A stretch of 62,553 bases of DNA from Chiloscyllium plagiosum (Eukaryota). The notes under the pieces were generated by a model that worked only from the letters and a program-made list of their open reading frames with translations, was not told the origin of the DNA and did no database searches. The stretch covers positions 15,043,561-15,106,113 of the forward strand of contig NC_057721.1 of assembly GCF_004010195.1 (NCBI RefSeq), given 5' to 3'. Of the stretch, positions 1 through 11,742 are shown piece by piece (within the stretch, counting starts at the first letter, position 1; each line of letters starts with the position of its first letter). The position numbers and the translations under genes were made by a program.

Positions 1-637
1 TCTCCAATTTAATAATATCCTTCCAATGGCAGGGTGACCGTAACTGTACAGAATACGCCAAAAGTGGCCTCATCACCATCCTGTACAACCTCAACATGAT
101 GTCTCAATGGTCTGAGCAATGAAGGCAAGTGTGCCAGACGCCTTCATTGCCACTCTGTTTATCAGTGATACAACTTTCAACGATCTATGAACATGAACCC
201 TTAGATCTTGGTTCAATAACATTCACCATGGCCTGACCATTAACTGTGTAACTTCTGCCGAGGTTTGTACCAACGAAATGCAACACCTCATACTTATCCA
301 AATTACACTCCATCTGCCACTCTTTGGGCCATTGGCCCAACTGATCAAGATCCCTTTGTATTCTTAAATAACCTTCCTCATGAATCAATTAAAATTCTGA
401 TTAAAAGAATGTTCTCAAATACTCAAATTTGTCAAAATAAAAACAGATATTCAAACATCTTTTTCAAAACACTTCTATCATATTAGTAGTATGATAAAGC
501 AATTAAAAAAAGTTACCTCCACAACTGTACTAAACTGAATTAAATCCTCAAGTGAGGTATGGAACTCAGTTTAGCGTTAATAATGATTTGACAATCCATA
601 ACCTAATAAACCACTCCCAAACTCTCAAGTGCAATAC
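1..637. repeat. Copy 1 of a near-identical direct duplication (offset 1987 bp; continues off the window edge)
   Basis: 1-637 aligns to 1988-2624 with only a few substitutions. ORFs 185..388 and 2172..2375 are almost identical. Confidence 0.95.
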
Positions 638-1205
638 CACTTTTCAAACCCTCATACATCCTGAGTGAATAAAGCACTTTTGAAGTGTAGTTACAATGCC
701 AGGAGCATGGTTGCTTGTTGATGCTTAGCAAAGAGCCATGAACAGAAATGTGAAAGGCCAGTTATTCTGTTTTTTGTAATGTCGTTTAAGGGATGAATAT
801 TGACAATGATACCAGAGTCAGCTATCCTGTTCTTTGTTGAAATACTCATAGAGCCATAGAGTCATAGAAATGTACAGTGTGGAAACAGACCCTTCAGTCC
901 AACCCGTCCATGCCGACCAGCTATCCCAACCCAATCTAGTCCCACCTGCCAGCATCCGGTCCATATTCCTCCAAACCCTTCCTATTCATATACCCATCTG
1001 CCAAAGGATCCTGCACATCCACTCAGCAGGCTAAGTCTCAGTTTAGCATTGCGCTTGTTGTTATGCTCCACCAACAGTGCAATGCTCCCTCAAGTGCTGC
1101 ACTGAAGTATCAACCTTGAATTTTGTGTTCAAGCCTGAAAGTGGAATGGGACTTGAATCCAGGATCGTGCAATTCAGCAGCAACTGTGCTATTCACTGAG
1201 CTATG
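638..1205 (-). mobile_element. Deu-domain tRNA-derived SINE (SacSINE1/AmnSINE-like), interrupted by a HER1 3' fragment
   Basis: Reverse Deu domain (ttttgaagtgtag...gggatgaatattgac) and reverse tRNA head (gggacttgaatcc...cactgagct). Confidence 0.75.
846..999 (-). mobile_element. HER1/CR1 LINE 3' end nested in the Deu-SINE
   Basis: catagagtcatag tail followed by tgtacagtgtggaaacagacccttcagtccaac, the same end as the other HER1 copies here. Confidence 0.9.
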
Positions 1206-1546
1206 GTTAATAGTTAGAAGAGTAGAAGGGTATTCATTAGAGGGTTGAATAGACAGTTGTCCTTGCTGCAAAAGGTCATTGAACTGCAGCTCAATTTGCC
1301 TATCAGGGATAAGTATTGGGAAAATCAAGGAAAGGCAGTTTGGTTAATTCACTCAATAGAAGATGAATTGGTGCCTTTTGCCTGTGTTGGAAGTAACAGC
1401 AAAAGAAACATTGGGAGTGTCCCGAAATAGGTTTGGAAATTAAAAGAAGCAGGAGCAGGACGTTGGATTTTCTAGGAAACATTGCCAAATGCAACAACTT
1501 CTTGAAAAGGATTTTGGGGGTAACCAGTTCTTAGACCCTAAACAAA

Positions 1547-1630
1547 AACTCTGATTTCTCTCCACAGATGTTGCCAGAACTGCTGAGCTTTTCCTGCAAT
1601 TTGTTTTTATTTCCAGCATCCACAGTTCTT
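1547..1630 (+). mobile_element. PLE terminal-repeat (pLTR) 3' fragment
   Basis: aactctgatttctctccacagatgttgccagaactgctgagctttt matches the post-hammerhead part of the pLTR at 26282-26345. Confidence 0.7.
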
Positions 1631-1640
1631 ACAACGTTTT

Positions 1641-2367
1641 TCCCTTCAAACCTTTCCTATTCATGTACCTATCCAAACGTCTTTTTGTAACTGTACCTGC
1701 ATCTACCACTTCCTCTGGCAGTTCATTCCATTTACAAACCAACCTCTGTGTGAAAAGGTTGCCCCTCAGGTCCCTTTTAAAGTCTCTCTCTCACCTTAAA
1801 ATTATGCCTTCTAGGTTTAAACCAGCCCATGCTAGCAGAATGAGCCTTGTAATTCATCTTATCAATGCCCCTCATGATTTTATAAACCTCTTTAAGGTCA
1901 TCCCTTAACCTTCTACAAGTCCCAACCTATCCTTACAACTCAAACCCTCCAGTCCTGGCAACATTCTTGTAAATCATTTCTGCACCGTCTCCAATTTAAT
2001 AATATCCTTCCAATGGCAGGGTGACCGTAACTGTACAGAATACGCCAAAAGTGGCCTCATCACCATCCTGTACAACCTCAACATGATGTCTCAATGGTCT
2101 GAGCAATGAAGGCAAGTGTGCCAGACGCCTTCATTGCCACTCTGTTTATCAGTGATACAACTTTCAACGATCTATGAACATGAACCCTTAGATCTTGGTT
2201 CAATAACATTCACCATGGCCTGACCATTAACTGTGTAACTTCTGCCGAGGTTTGTACCAACGAAATGCAACACCTCATACTTATCCAAATTACACTCCAT
2301 CTGCCACTCTTTGGCACATTGGCCCAACTGATCAAGATCCCTTTGTATTCTTAAATAACCTTCCTCA
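1641..2367 (-). mobile_element. HER1/CR1 LINE RT C-terminal fragment (partial duplicate at 1-380)
   Basis: ORF EEGYLRIQRDLDQLGQCAKEWQMECNLDKYEVLHF is typical of CR1 RT. Confidence 0.9.
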
Positions 2368-2624
2368 TGAATCAATTAAAATTCTGATTAAAAGAATGTT
2401 CTCAAATACTCAAATTTGTCAAAATAAAAACAGATATTCAAACATCTTTTTCAAAACACTTCTATCATATTAGTAGTATGATAAAGCAATTAAAAAAAGT
2501 TACCTCCACAACTGTACTAAACTGAATTAAATCCACAAGTGAGGTATGGAACTCAGTTTAGCGTTAATAATGATTTGACAATCCGTAACTTAATAAACGA
2601 CTCCCGAACTCTCAAGTGCAATAC
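1988..2624. repeat. Copy 2 of the direct duplication
   Basis: Matches 1-637. Confidence 0.95.
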
Positions 2625-3329
2625 AGTAGTCTTTGAAGTTATGCAAGCAAATGACCAATTATCTGTTCATTTTTTTTCATACAAATGGACTTTCAATCAT
2701 GTGGTTTGGCATTAATTCAGTGATTTTAAGGGCTGAACAGGTATCTGGACTTAAAAGTGAAAGAATCAAGGCATAGTGTCAAATGATATTTTAAAATCAG
2801 ACTCAATTCTTTTGAGTGCAGAACAGTACTTTATCCAGTTGATTTGATGGCCAATTTTTAAGGACAAAGAGTCATATATTCAATTACAGCATGAAACTAG
2901 ATTTAAACCAATACAATATTACAATATGATATTTGAAGTTGACAAAAGCTTTTAAATTTAACTGTCAAAATGTACCTGACTCTATAATGAGCTTCCCTCA
3001 AAACATGTATCAACTGACCTAATGTGTTTCACACAAGCTGCATGAACCTACTTGCCTCACTGAAGAACTGGAATATTCACAATTGAATAGGCATTTCGAA
3101 GGCTAAACCTGGCATCTCTTAAAGTGGGGTGTTAGTTTGCTACTTGTCACATTTCCAGCACTGGTAAAAATGACAATCAGCAGGAATTAGGTAGGAAATC
3201 GGAATTTAATTTTCAAACACCTCCATCTTAGACTGTCCAACATGGATTTGCCCAGTGCAGGATGACAAGATCTGACCCATGAAGTATAAAATTGGAAGAG
3301 AAAGGCTAATAGTTTAGACATCAGTTTTA

Positions 3330-3895
3330 GGCCTCTGGAACATGCCCAACTTTGATACTATAGTTTAAATAGGATGTGAAGACACTGAAAGGGTGAGAGG
3401 TGGTGCACTAGAATAGCATCAGGACTTGAATTCTGTGGACTGAGTAGGGAAGCTGGGATTGTTCTCCCTAGAGCAGAGGCAAAAGTCAATTTTCCTGCTT
3501 ATCGGATATTGCCTGGCCTGCTATACTTTTCCAGCTCCACTCTAATCTAGATTCCTTCGAGCAGAGACAGCTCAGCAGAGATATGACAAGGGGGCATTCA
3601 GAATTATGGGAACTTTGGTAAGGAGAACTATCACTAGCAGGAAGATTAGCAATCAGTGAACACAAATTAGAGATCAAGAACCAGAGGGACAATGAGAATT
3701 GTTTGACACAGCATGTTGCTATGTGAACATGCTATCGAAACAAATGATGAAAGTAAATTTCAAAAGAGAATTCAGTGCATACTTGTGATGGAAATATTTT
3801 CAGCATTATGGGGAAAAGATCAGGGGAGTGGAATTAATTGGATCGCTCCTCCAGTGAACTGTACAGTGTGAATGGCTTCCTTCTAGGCTGACATT
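3330..3895 (+). mobile_element. Old CR1 LINE 3' fragment containing a PLE pLTR piece (3485-3555)
   Basis: Degenerate CR1 ORF2 end (aagctgggattgttctccctagagcagag). gagcagag recurs on both sides of the insert. Confidence 0.65.
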
Positions 3896-4177
3896 TCTGA
3901 GCAGCATGCTATTGAGAAAGAAGCCATGAGAGTGGTTGCATGCCAAGTGGAGACTGTTGATACTAAATCAAGAAGGAAAGCAACAGATGAGCTGAATTAC
4001 ACCAGATCATTAACTGGGAGATTAAAATCCAGCAATGGCGATTAACTGTAGATTAAAGCCAAAGGTATTAAAGAGTATCTGGTAATTATAAGCTATTCTA
4101 GATCTGAAGAAGTAAATATAAACAAGGGAGTGAGAATCAGGAACCTCTGTAAAAAGGCATGAACATTATCACAGGAT

Positions 4178-4476
4178 CAGAATCCCTACAGTAGGAAGTA
4201 GGGATTCAATGTAGGGATACAATGGAAGTAGGCCACTCAGCCCATTGAGTCCATACCAACCCTCCGAAGAGCATCACACCCAAACCAACACACCTACCCT
4301 ATCCCTGTAACAGTTTATTTCCCATGGTTAATCCATCTAACCTCCACGTCTTTGGACTATGAAGAGGAAACCCACTCAGATGTAGGGACAACAGGCAAAC
4401 TCCACACACAGAGGGTGGAATCGAACCTGGGTCCCTGGAGCTGAGAGGCAGCAGTGCTAGCCACCGTGCTGCCCCA
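4178..4476 (-). mobile_element. HE1 SINE (V-SINE)
   Basis: Reverse tRNA head (gcacggtggctagcactgctgcctctcag...ggttcgattcc) and V-domain (tgtgtggagtttgc). Confidence 0.85.
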
Positions 4477-5337
4477 CATTAATGATGGGATACTCCAATT
4501 ACTCGGACTGGGAATACAGCACAGAAAAACTAAAGAATGCATGTTTCTTACAGTGATTCAAGTATCTTGCTCAACTCATTAGCCAGCCTAATGCTGTCAG
4601 ATCAAACCAAAATCCTTCTTTCAAATGATCTAAGTAGGATAGATAAACACAAGACTAAATTTCTTGGGACTAATTGCTATTCTAGGGTCGAAATTACTTC
4701 ATGCTCTGTTGTTATGAACTTATATCTGATGTAGGTGCCTTAATTATTTCTGTCATCCTTAAATAATTTGAGCATATTTTAAAGAGGTAGTTCACACTGC
4801 CCTATTTCTACCCTGAATTAAAGCACAGCTTGTAACTGCATAATGATGAATAATTAATAATAATGAACTCAACATGATATGCATGCCTTCTGTATGCATA
4901 TTTTTTCAATCTCTTTGACAGTCAAATTATCATGACTGAAGCAAGGCTTGATTTAAATTATTAATCTGCTTTATTACATAGTGAGGTGAATATGCAAAAC
5001 AACAGTTGAGATCACATCTGGTAAAACTTATCTCTCTGTAATAATAGAAAAATAATGAACCATGCAACACTTCCTCACATATTCCATTAGATTCACTTCT
5101 ATAACTTCCAGTTCTTCAAATTATGAGCCTTGTCACATTTGTTTAAAAAAAACATACAAGTTGCTGAAAGTACAAATCTGATAAGATCACAGTGAAGGCA
5201 ACTGAGCATCTGAACAAGACAAGCAGCGTTAACCAACCACTCTCAAAAATTATGAAATTAGCAACCAAAGGACTGAGAAACAAATGTAAATTAGAGCATT
5301 TAAGTTCAATATGAAATTAGGCATGATGGCTCAGTGT

Positions 5338-5871
5338 CTAGATTAGAGTGGTGCTGGAAAAGCACAGCAGGTCAGGCAACATCCGAGGAGCAGGAAAATC
5401 AATGTTTCAGGCAAAAGCCCTTCATCAGGAATGAGGCTGGGAGCCTCCAGGGTGGAGAGACAAATGGAGGTGTGTGATGCTGGGGTGAAGGTAGCTAAGA
5501 GTACAATAGGTGGATGGAGGTGGGGATGAAGGTGATAGGTTGGAGAGGAAGGTGGAGCGGATGGGTGTGAAGGAAGATTGGCAGGTAGGACAGTCATAAG
5601 GATGGTGCTGAGCTAGAAGGTTGGAACTGGGGTAAGGTGGGGGGGAAGGGAAATGATGAAACTGGTGAAGTCCACATTGATACCCTGAGGTTGAAGTCTT
5701 CCGAGGCAGAAGATGAGGCGTTCTTCCTCCAGGTGTCGGGTGGTGACGGAGTGGCGGTGGAGGAGGCCCAGGACCTGCATGTCCTCGGCAGAGTAGGGAG
5801 TGGGGGGAAGGGGGGGGATTGAAATGTTGGGCCACGGGGCAGTTGTGTTGATTGGTGCGAATATCCTGGAG
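5338..5871 (-). mobile_element. Penelope-like element 3' end (GIY-YIG C-terminus + pLTR)
   Basis: Minus-strand translation SAEDMQVLGLLHRHSVTTRHLEEERLIFCLGRLQPQGINVDF. Degenerate hammerhead at 5397-5432. TSD atgatg(g/c)ctcagtg. Confidence 0.9.
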
Positions 5872-6210
5872 ATGATGCCTCAGTGGTTAACACTGCTGCC
5901 TCATAGCACCAGTGACCTGAGTTCGATTCCAGCCTCTGGCAACCGTATGTGGAGTTTGCATATTCTCCCCAATATAATTGGATAAGACTGCATGGGTTTC
6001 CTCCCATAGTCCAAAGATGTGCAGGTTAGGTGGAGTGGCCACGCTAAATTTCCCACACAGTGTCCAGAGGTGTGTAAGTTAGATGGGTTGGCCAAGGGAA
6101 ATGCAGGGTTATAGGGCAGGGAAGAGAGTCTGGGTGAGATGCTCTCTAGAGGGTCGGTGTGGGATTGTTGGGTCGAATGGCCTGTTTCCACACTGTAGGG
6201 ATTCTATGAT
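5872..6210 (+). mobile_element. HE1 SINE (head duplicated by the PLE insertion)
   Basis: ctcagtggttaacactgctgcctca...gttcgattcc head, V-domain, and HER1-type tail ggcctgtttccacactgtaggg. Confidence 0.9.
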
Positions 6211-6438
6211 GAAGTAAATTGTGAAGAAGAAAGAATGGATTAAGAGGGGAATACAGAACAGAATGCAAAAACCTAACAATTCTGTTACATTTCTACATCA
6301 ACAACAACTGAAACTTCTTGGAAGAAAACATTACAGTTGTAATAGATAATTTTCAGTACCAGAGAAACTGATTGGCAGTTACTAATCCAAATCACATACT
6401 AAAGAATATAATTGGATAAGGCTTATTTTTCACTTCCA

Positions 6439-6522
6439 AAGTTAAAAATCCGACAACAGGTTATAGTCCAACAGGTTTAATTGGAAGCACTAGCTTTCGG
6501 AGTGCTGCTCCTTCATCAGGTG
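6439..6522 (-). mobile_element. PLE pLTR fragment (second family)
   Basis: Near-identical to the arm at 30751-30840. Confidence 0.8.
6488..6522 (-). ncRNA. Minimal type I hammerhead ribozyme motif (CUA site)
   Basis: Minus strand reads CAC-CTGATGA-A-GGAG.CAGCA.CTCC-GAAA-GC-TA-GTG. Stem I is CAC/GTG and stem III is the palindrome AGCT. Confidence 0.75.
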
Positions 6523-6750
6523 GTCACTGCCAAGTTTAGTTTGTACCTATCACCTAAATACATAATTTCATACCATCCAATGCAGGTCAATAATAAAGTC
6601 AGATAACAAGATGCCCTGATTGGCAAACTATTAATTGTAGGGAGCAGCTTGAAATTTAACTTTTGGATTTCACATCTAATGTTACATATGTCCCTTGCCT
6701 GAAACTGTTGGCAGTCTTGCTGTGGTCAAATGAGCCACAGCCTCCAGGAT

Positions 6751-7837
6751 TGTTACAGAATAATTGACAATTTTTCATAAGCATGGATTAAAAACTCAAA
6801 ATGGGGAAGCCAAGTTTAAACCTAGCAGGACTCTGCAATGTGTGAACTGCAGAGTTGAAACAGACAATATTCATACAGTCAGCCCTTCCTGTCAAAACCA
6901 GACAGGCATGGAGCTGCCTGGCCAGGTGCTAATGGCCACATTGGTGTTTCAGAACAAATCATCGTTCACACCACCAGTGAACCTGCTCGTCAGAAGAATG
7001 CTACATGGATTTAATGGCAGCTAACTCAGTAGGAAGCCAGAGGCACAACATGATAAGGATGACACTTGACAGCCAAAGGTTCAAACCACATTCTGTTACC
7101 TTCATATATGGAAAGCAGTCACCTCACTGGATCTTCCCGCCCTGCCCGATGCTAGTATTGAACATAGACCACAGAATCTTTGAGAGAGGCTTGAAGAGGA
7201 GAATAAACAGGGCAACCTTGAGCCCCAAATCTGACTTCTCCACCTCCAGACGCTACCTAGCTTGCTGTGTTCTTCCAGCCTCCTGTCTGTCTATTTTGGC
7301 ACCCTCAAAAGCACTTCCACTTGGACTGGCAGCTGAGCTGCACAGCATTGGCAGTTCCTCATACCTCGTAATGAGCATCTTCAGACTGACCAACACCCAG
7401 AAAGCCAACCTCAGTGAGATGGACAGAAGACCAGAACCAACCCTAGTTGAGGGGTGAAGACCAAACGGGTGACTACAGATCCTGACACATCAGCCAAATC
7501 TCAAAAGACAGAGGAAAGGCTTATCCCAGCCTCACTGAATGGGTATGGTCTGTTTCTCAGATACCAGTTCAAATACAATGGCAGGGACCTGTAGATAGAA
7601 TGTAGCAGATCCATGGAAACACATGTCAGAAGTAAATAGTTAGTGTAGATTTGAGGCTGTTTACTGAAAACCACTGAAGAGATTGAAAGATTGGATAGTG
7701 TTTAATTAAACGTCCAACAGTAGACTCTGATAAATATTGTTTTTGCTTAATAAAGTTTGTTGGACCTTCCTCTGATTCTTGTCCCCTTTGTCTAACTTAC
7801 CACCTAATGTGTCAAACTTAAAAACTAAGGTTACTAC
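6751..7837 (+). mobile_element. Possible solo LTR
   Basis: Begins TGTTAC, ends GTTACTACA, with AATAAA at ~7749. No clean TSD. Confidence 0.25.
7232..7299 (+). mobile_element. PLE pLTR 3' fragment
   Basis: gacttctccacctccagacgctacctagcttgctgtgttc is the reverse complement of the pLTR at 15130-15200. Confidence 0.75.
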
Positions 7838-9017
7838 AGATTGGTCAAGGTTCGTCAGGGTACACTTAACCACCATTCACTTTACAACAGCTAGTGCCAT
7901 GAGCCTCACCATTACACTGACACTACGTTATGGGTCAATAACACATGTGCCTATATGGGATAATGAGTTAGTAGCACATTTGCAGACAATGGAAAACAAA
8001 ATCAGGAGAGATGTCAAGCCTCAATGTTATAGCTCCACCCCCAACTCATCGTTTCCTCCAGTGAGGCACTATCAAAAGGAACAAAGTGACCTTAGCTGTC
8101 TTTTAAATTAATTCACTGTTTTAATCCCCTCTAAGATATTTAGTAATGGATCTCTAATGGCCCCGTTTAACTTGCAATGAAATGTTATTTATTTACTCAC
8201 CAGGTTGTTATCCAGTTTTATATTTTATATACATCCACACACAATTACTGCAGAAAAGATATAAAAGATAATTAAGTGTCATGTCAGAATATTAATAATC
8301 AGCCCAAGGCAGAAATAAATCAAGTGGATAGATCAATATATTATTTGTATTGGACATACCAATTTCAGTCAAAAGAAGATTATTATTTGTTACAAAATAG
8401 CAAACATGACCAAACTATTTAAAATAAATGAATTATCAATGTGTGGCATTGGTATAAATATAATCCAGGTCAAAAGATACTTTAATTATTATAAATGCCT
8501 CTACGTTATTTGATTAACCCACAATAATGATAAATGATTGCCTTATACATGTAGATTAATATTATGTATAACCTTGAATGCAAACATTTTACAATGACAC
8601 CATATTGTGGCTCACGGTCATAATAAAGCATACATAATGCGAATATTATAATCAACATTTCTTTCATTCCACTCTCCTTAAATCTGGAGATCTTTAATTT
8701 GACTATGAGGATTTGAAAAATATTAAGTATTATTTATGGCTCAAAGTGAACTCTAGACAACATTGCTTGCGGCTAAGTTGCTAGCATTCTTAAAATCTAC
8801 AAGGATGCATATCTCTGGAGGGTCTTTGCCATGACAAAACTGAAGATGGATGTTTTGAATGCATTCAAACCTTGTATCCCAACAAAATATTCAGAATAAA
8901 ATATCTTACTCTTGCTCTTCACAAGATATGAAGAAAAGAAAAATGTTTGCTTAGCTAGAAAGTTTAATCCCAAGAGAAAGCAAGCTACTTTTGTTACAAG
9001 AGCAGAGTAGGGAACTT

Positions 9018-9239
9018 GGACCGAAAATAACAAATGCTGGAGATCACAGCAGGCCAGACAGCATCCATGGAGAGAGAGCAAACTAACATAAGTCTAGATG
9101 ACTCTTCAGAGCTCTGATGAAGAGTTATCTAGATTCAAAACGTTAGCTTGCTCTCTCTCCATGATGCTGCCTGACCTGCTGTGATTACCAGCATTTGTTG
9201 TTTTCAGTAGATTCCAGCATCTGCAGTAAATGTGTTCCT
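9018..9239. mobile_element. Palindromic PLE-derived mini-element (two inverted pLTR halves)
   Basis: Inverted arms around the centre cagagctctg (~9107-9116). TSD agagtaggga(a/g)ctt at 9004-9017 and 9240-9253. Decayed hammerhead at 9110-9148. Confidence 0.9.
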
Positions 9240-10501
9240 AGAGTAGGGAGCTTTTTGTGGGAAGGAGGACATAAGTGGGTGGAAAGGCTATCATTGAGTA
9301 AGTCTGTAAATGGTGAAAAGCTTTGCACTTCAGATTGGTATTGATTCTGAAAGAAAGTGACAAAAGGGTATGGGGACCAATTTTCCTTTGGTACTCTCAG
9401 TATTAAAAAGAACCTTGGAGCTGGTCATGATTGGGTCTTAAGCAGAAACATTTTAGAACAATCGCCAAGATTGGATACCCTGCTGGTCTCTCCTGCTGTT
9501 GACCTTAAGTGATGCCTCCAAGATTCTGTGCACTCTCATCCTTGACCCTTCAGCCAACCTGAAGTAGGGCACTTTGTGCCTTCAGTCGAAATGGGTACAA
9601 ATAGCCTCCGACGGATGCTCATGTCCTAAACCTGCAGACGTCAGCTTTCAGACCCCCAAACCAGTTCAGATGATGGTAATCAGCCAGTCAGCTCAAACTC
9701 ACAAGTGAATTTGTTTTATTGGAGGCCAGTCATTTGGTCCCTTTTCAGCAAGATCATCTTTACTGATGAATATCTGGTTAAGTGTACAGCATTCCTCTCC
9801 TCTAGAAGAGTACAATTGTGGCCCCCTTTTTCTCTTGAGGGCTCTGCATGACTGGCTCACATTTTCTAGGCTGAACACTCAAACTTATTTACAAAGATCC
9901 ACAATAAAATCATGAGATAGCAAAGTCGGGAGTGTTCATCATCCTTATTAGTTCCAGGCCTTGAGTGGTCTAACTAGAAGTCCTTAAAATGAGCATTGTC
10001 AGGTGACCTGAAGAGGTGGTTATTGGGAGAAAGAGGGAGCAGAGTCAGTGCTGACCCATCTGCACTTCCATCTCTAGCCCACTATTGTCCATCATCACCA
10101 AGGGGAATATTTCCCAGTCAATTGTGAGGTGAATCTATTAGAATCCAACAATGTCTGTAGCCCTGTTAAGGAGTTTAGGCCTTGACCTTACCCATTATGG
10201 AAAAATCATCTTGATGCAACATATTACACAACTGTAATAACTTATTAGTCTTCATTTTTGGCTGAGTGTTTCAGTGAATGTAAATTAGGTCAGCTTTGCC
10301 AATCATTAGTCAAATATCAATTACCCAACTCATACTGACATACCTCCAACTGCTGCAACTTTCATCCAGAGAGAAGGTGGATGTAACTAAAGGGGTTACT
10401 TTAGGCAATAAATGCTCGGTATTTAACCATGACATGAGGTGGAATGCTGCCAGTACACCACTTGTTATAATTCAGATAGCCAGTTGGTGAAAGATGTTAC
10501 C

Positions 10502-10575
10502 AGAGTAGGGAGCTTTTTGTGGGGGAAGGAGGACATAAGTGGGTGGAAAGGCTATCATTGAGTAAGTCTGTAAAT
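10502..10575 (+). repeat. Local ~74 bp copy of 9240-9311
   Basis: Near-identical agagtagggagctttttgtgg...gagtaagtctgtaaat. Confidence 0.9.
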
Positions 10576-10619
10576 CTGCAAGTTTAGGACATGAGTAAGT
10601 CTGTTTTACTCAGGGTGTT

Positions 10620-10845
10620 TTTTTTTAAATTCAGTGTGGGACATGAGCATTGTTGGCTGGGCCAGAAATTGACTAGCCCTGGTGCAGCGGTGAGTTGCCT
10701 TCTTGAATGTCTGTGGTCCAAGTGCCGTAGGTAGACTCATAACATCCTTACGGTGGAAACTTCAGGATTTTGACCCAGTGGCAGTGAAGGAATGGTGGTT
10801 TTTTTTTCAAAGTCAGGACAGTGAGTGGCTGGGAGGGGAACTTAG
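10620..10845 (-). mobile_element. 3' tail of a CR1-like LINE (probably the family of 16540-17270 and 31905-34405)
   Basis: Reverse complement reads aagttcccctcccagccactcactgtcctgac...ctggcccagccaacaatgctcatgtcccac and overlaps in homology with the end of 16540-17270. Confidence 0.6.
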
Positions 10846-11249
10846 TTGTTTTTGATGCTCACGTCTTTAGAGATGGCTAAATTAAAGATGAACTTTATTA
10901 AGTCTCAGAGTACAGTCATAGGAATTAATAAAGATACTTTGAATCCAGGTCACACTTCTCAACTTCAAAAGAAATTTTCACTGATATATTAGCTTGGGAC
11001 ATCCTCACCTAACATAGTGTGCAATGACCTTTGAAAGACCTCATGGAGGATCTTGCCAGTTTAAGATGCCTATGATGAAGCTGGAAGAGTTGTGGGGGAT
11101 TGCCACCATAAAATCTGATTGTGTAGTTATACAATGAAAGGTATTCTAATTCAAAAAGGTACCTTTGCAATAAAAGGGCTGCTAACTAATGTGAACCCAT
11201 ACTGTCACTGTCTGGAAGTTTCACAGCTCAGAATACAAGATCACCAAAA

Positions 11250-11742
11250 TATTGAACTGAATTGAATTTATTGTCACGTGTACTGAAGCACAGTGAAAAA
11301 CTTTGTCTTGCGAGCAATACAGGCAGATCACAGAGTTAAGTAGCACTGATAAGTAAATAATAGGTAAACAGCAGCAAAAACAAAAACACAGGCACAGGCG
11401 AATGTTAAGAGTTTGTGAGTGCATTCAGTATTCTAACAACAGTAGGGTAGAAACTGTTGCGAAACCGCCTCGGGCGCATGTTCAGGCTTCTTAACCTTCT
11501 CTCCGATGGTAAAGGTTGTAGAGAAACATTGCCAGAGTGGAATGAATCTTTGAGAATGCTGGCAGCCTTTCCTTGACAGCAGGCCTGGTTGATGGATTTT
11601 ATAGATGGGGGGTTGGCCTTTGTGATTGTCTGGGCCGAGATCACCACTCTCTGTAACCGTCTCCGATCTTCAATGGTACAGTTGCCATACCAGGTAGTGA
11701 TACATCCAGACAGAATGCTCTCTATGGCACACCTATAAAATA
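11250..11742 (-). mobile_element. Rex1/Babar-clade LINE 3' end
   Basis: ORF FYRCAIESILSGCITTWYGNCT...LQRVV...LPSERRLRSL...FRNSFYP, plus a (ttcaa)n-like tail. Confidence 0.85.

Noticed and set aside
7005-7457. 150-aa ORF
   Set aside because: It reads through a PLE fragment inside a probable repeat; no domain.
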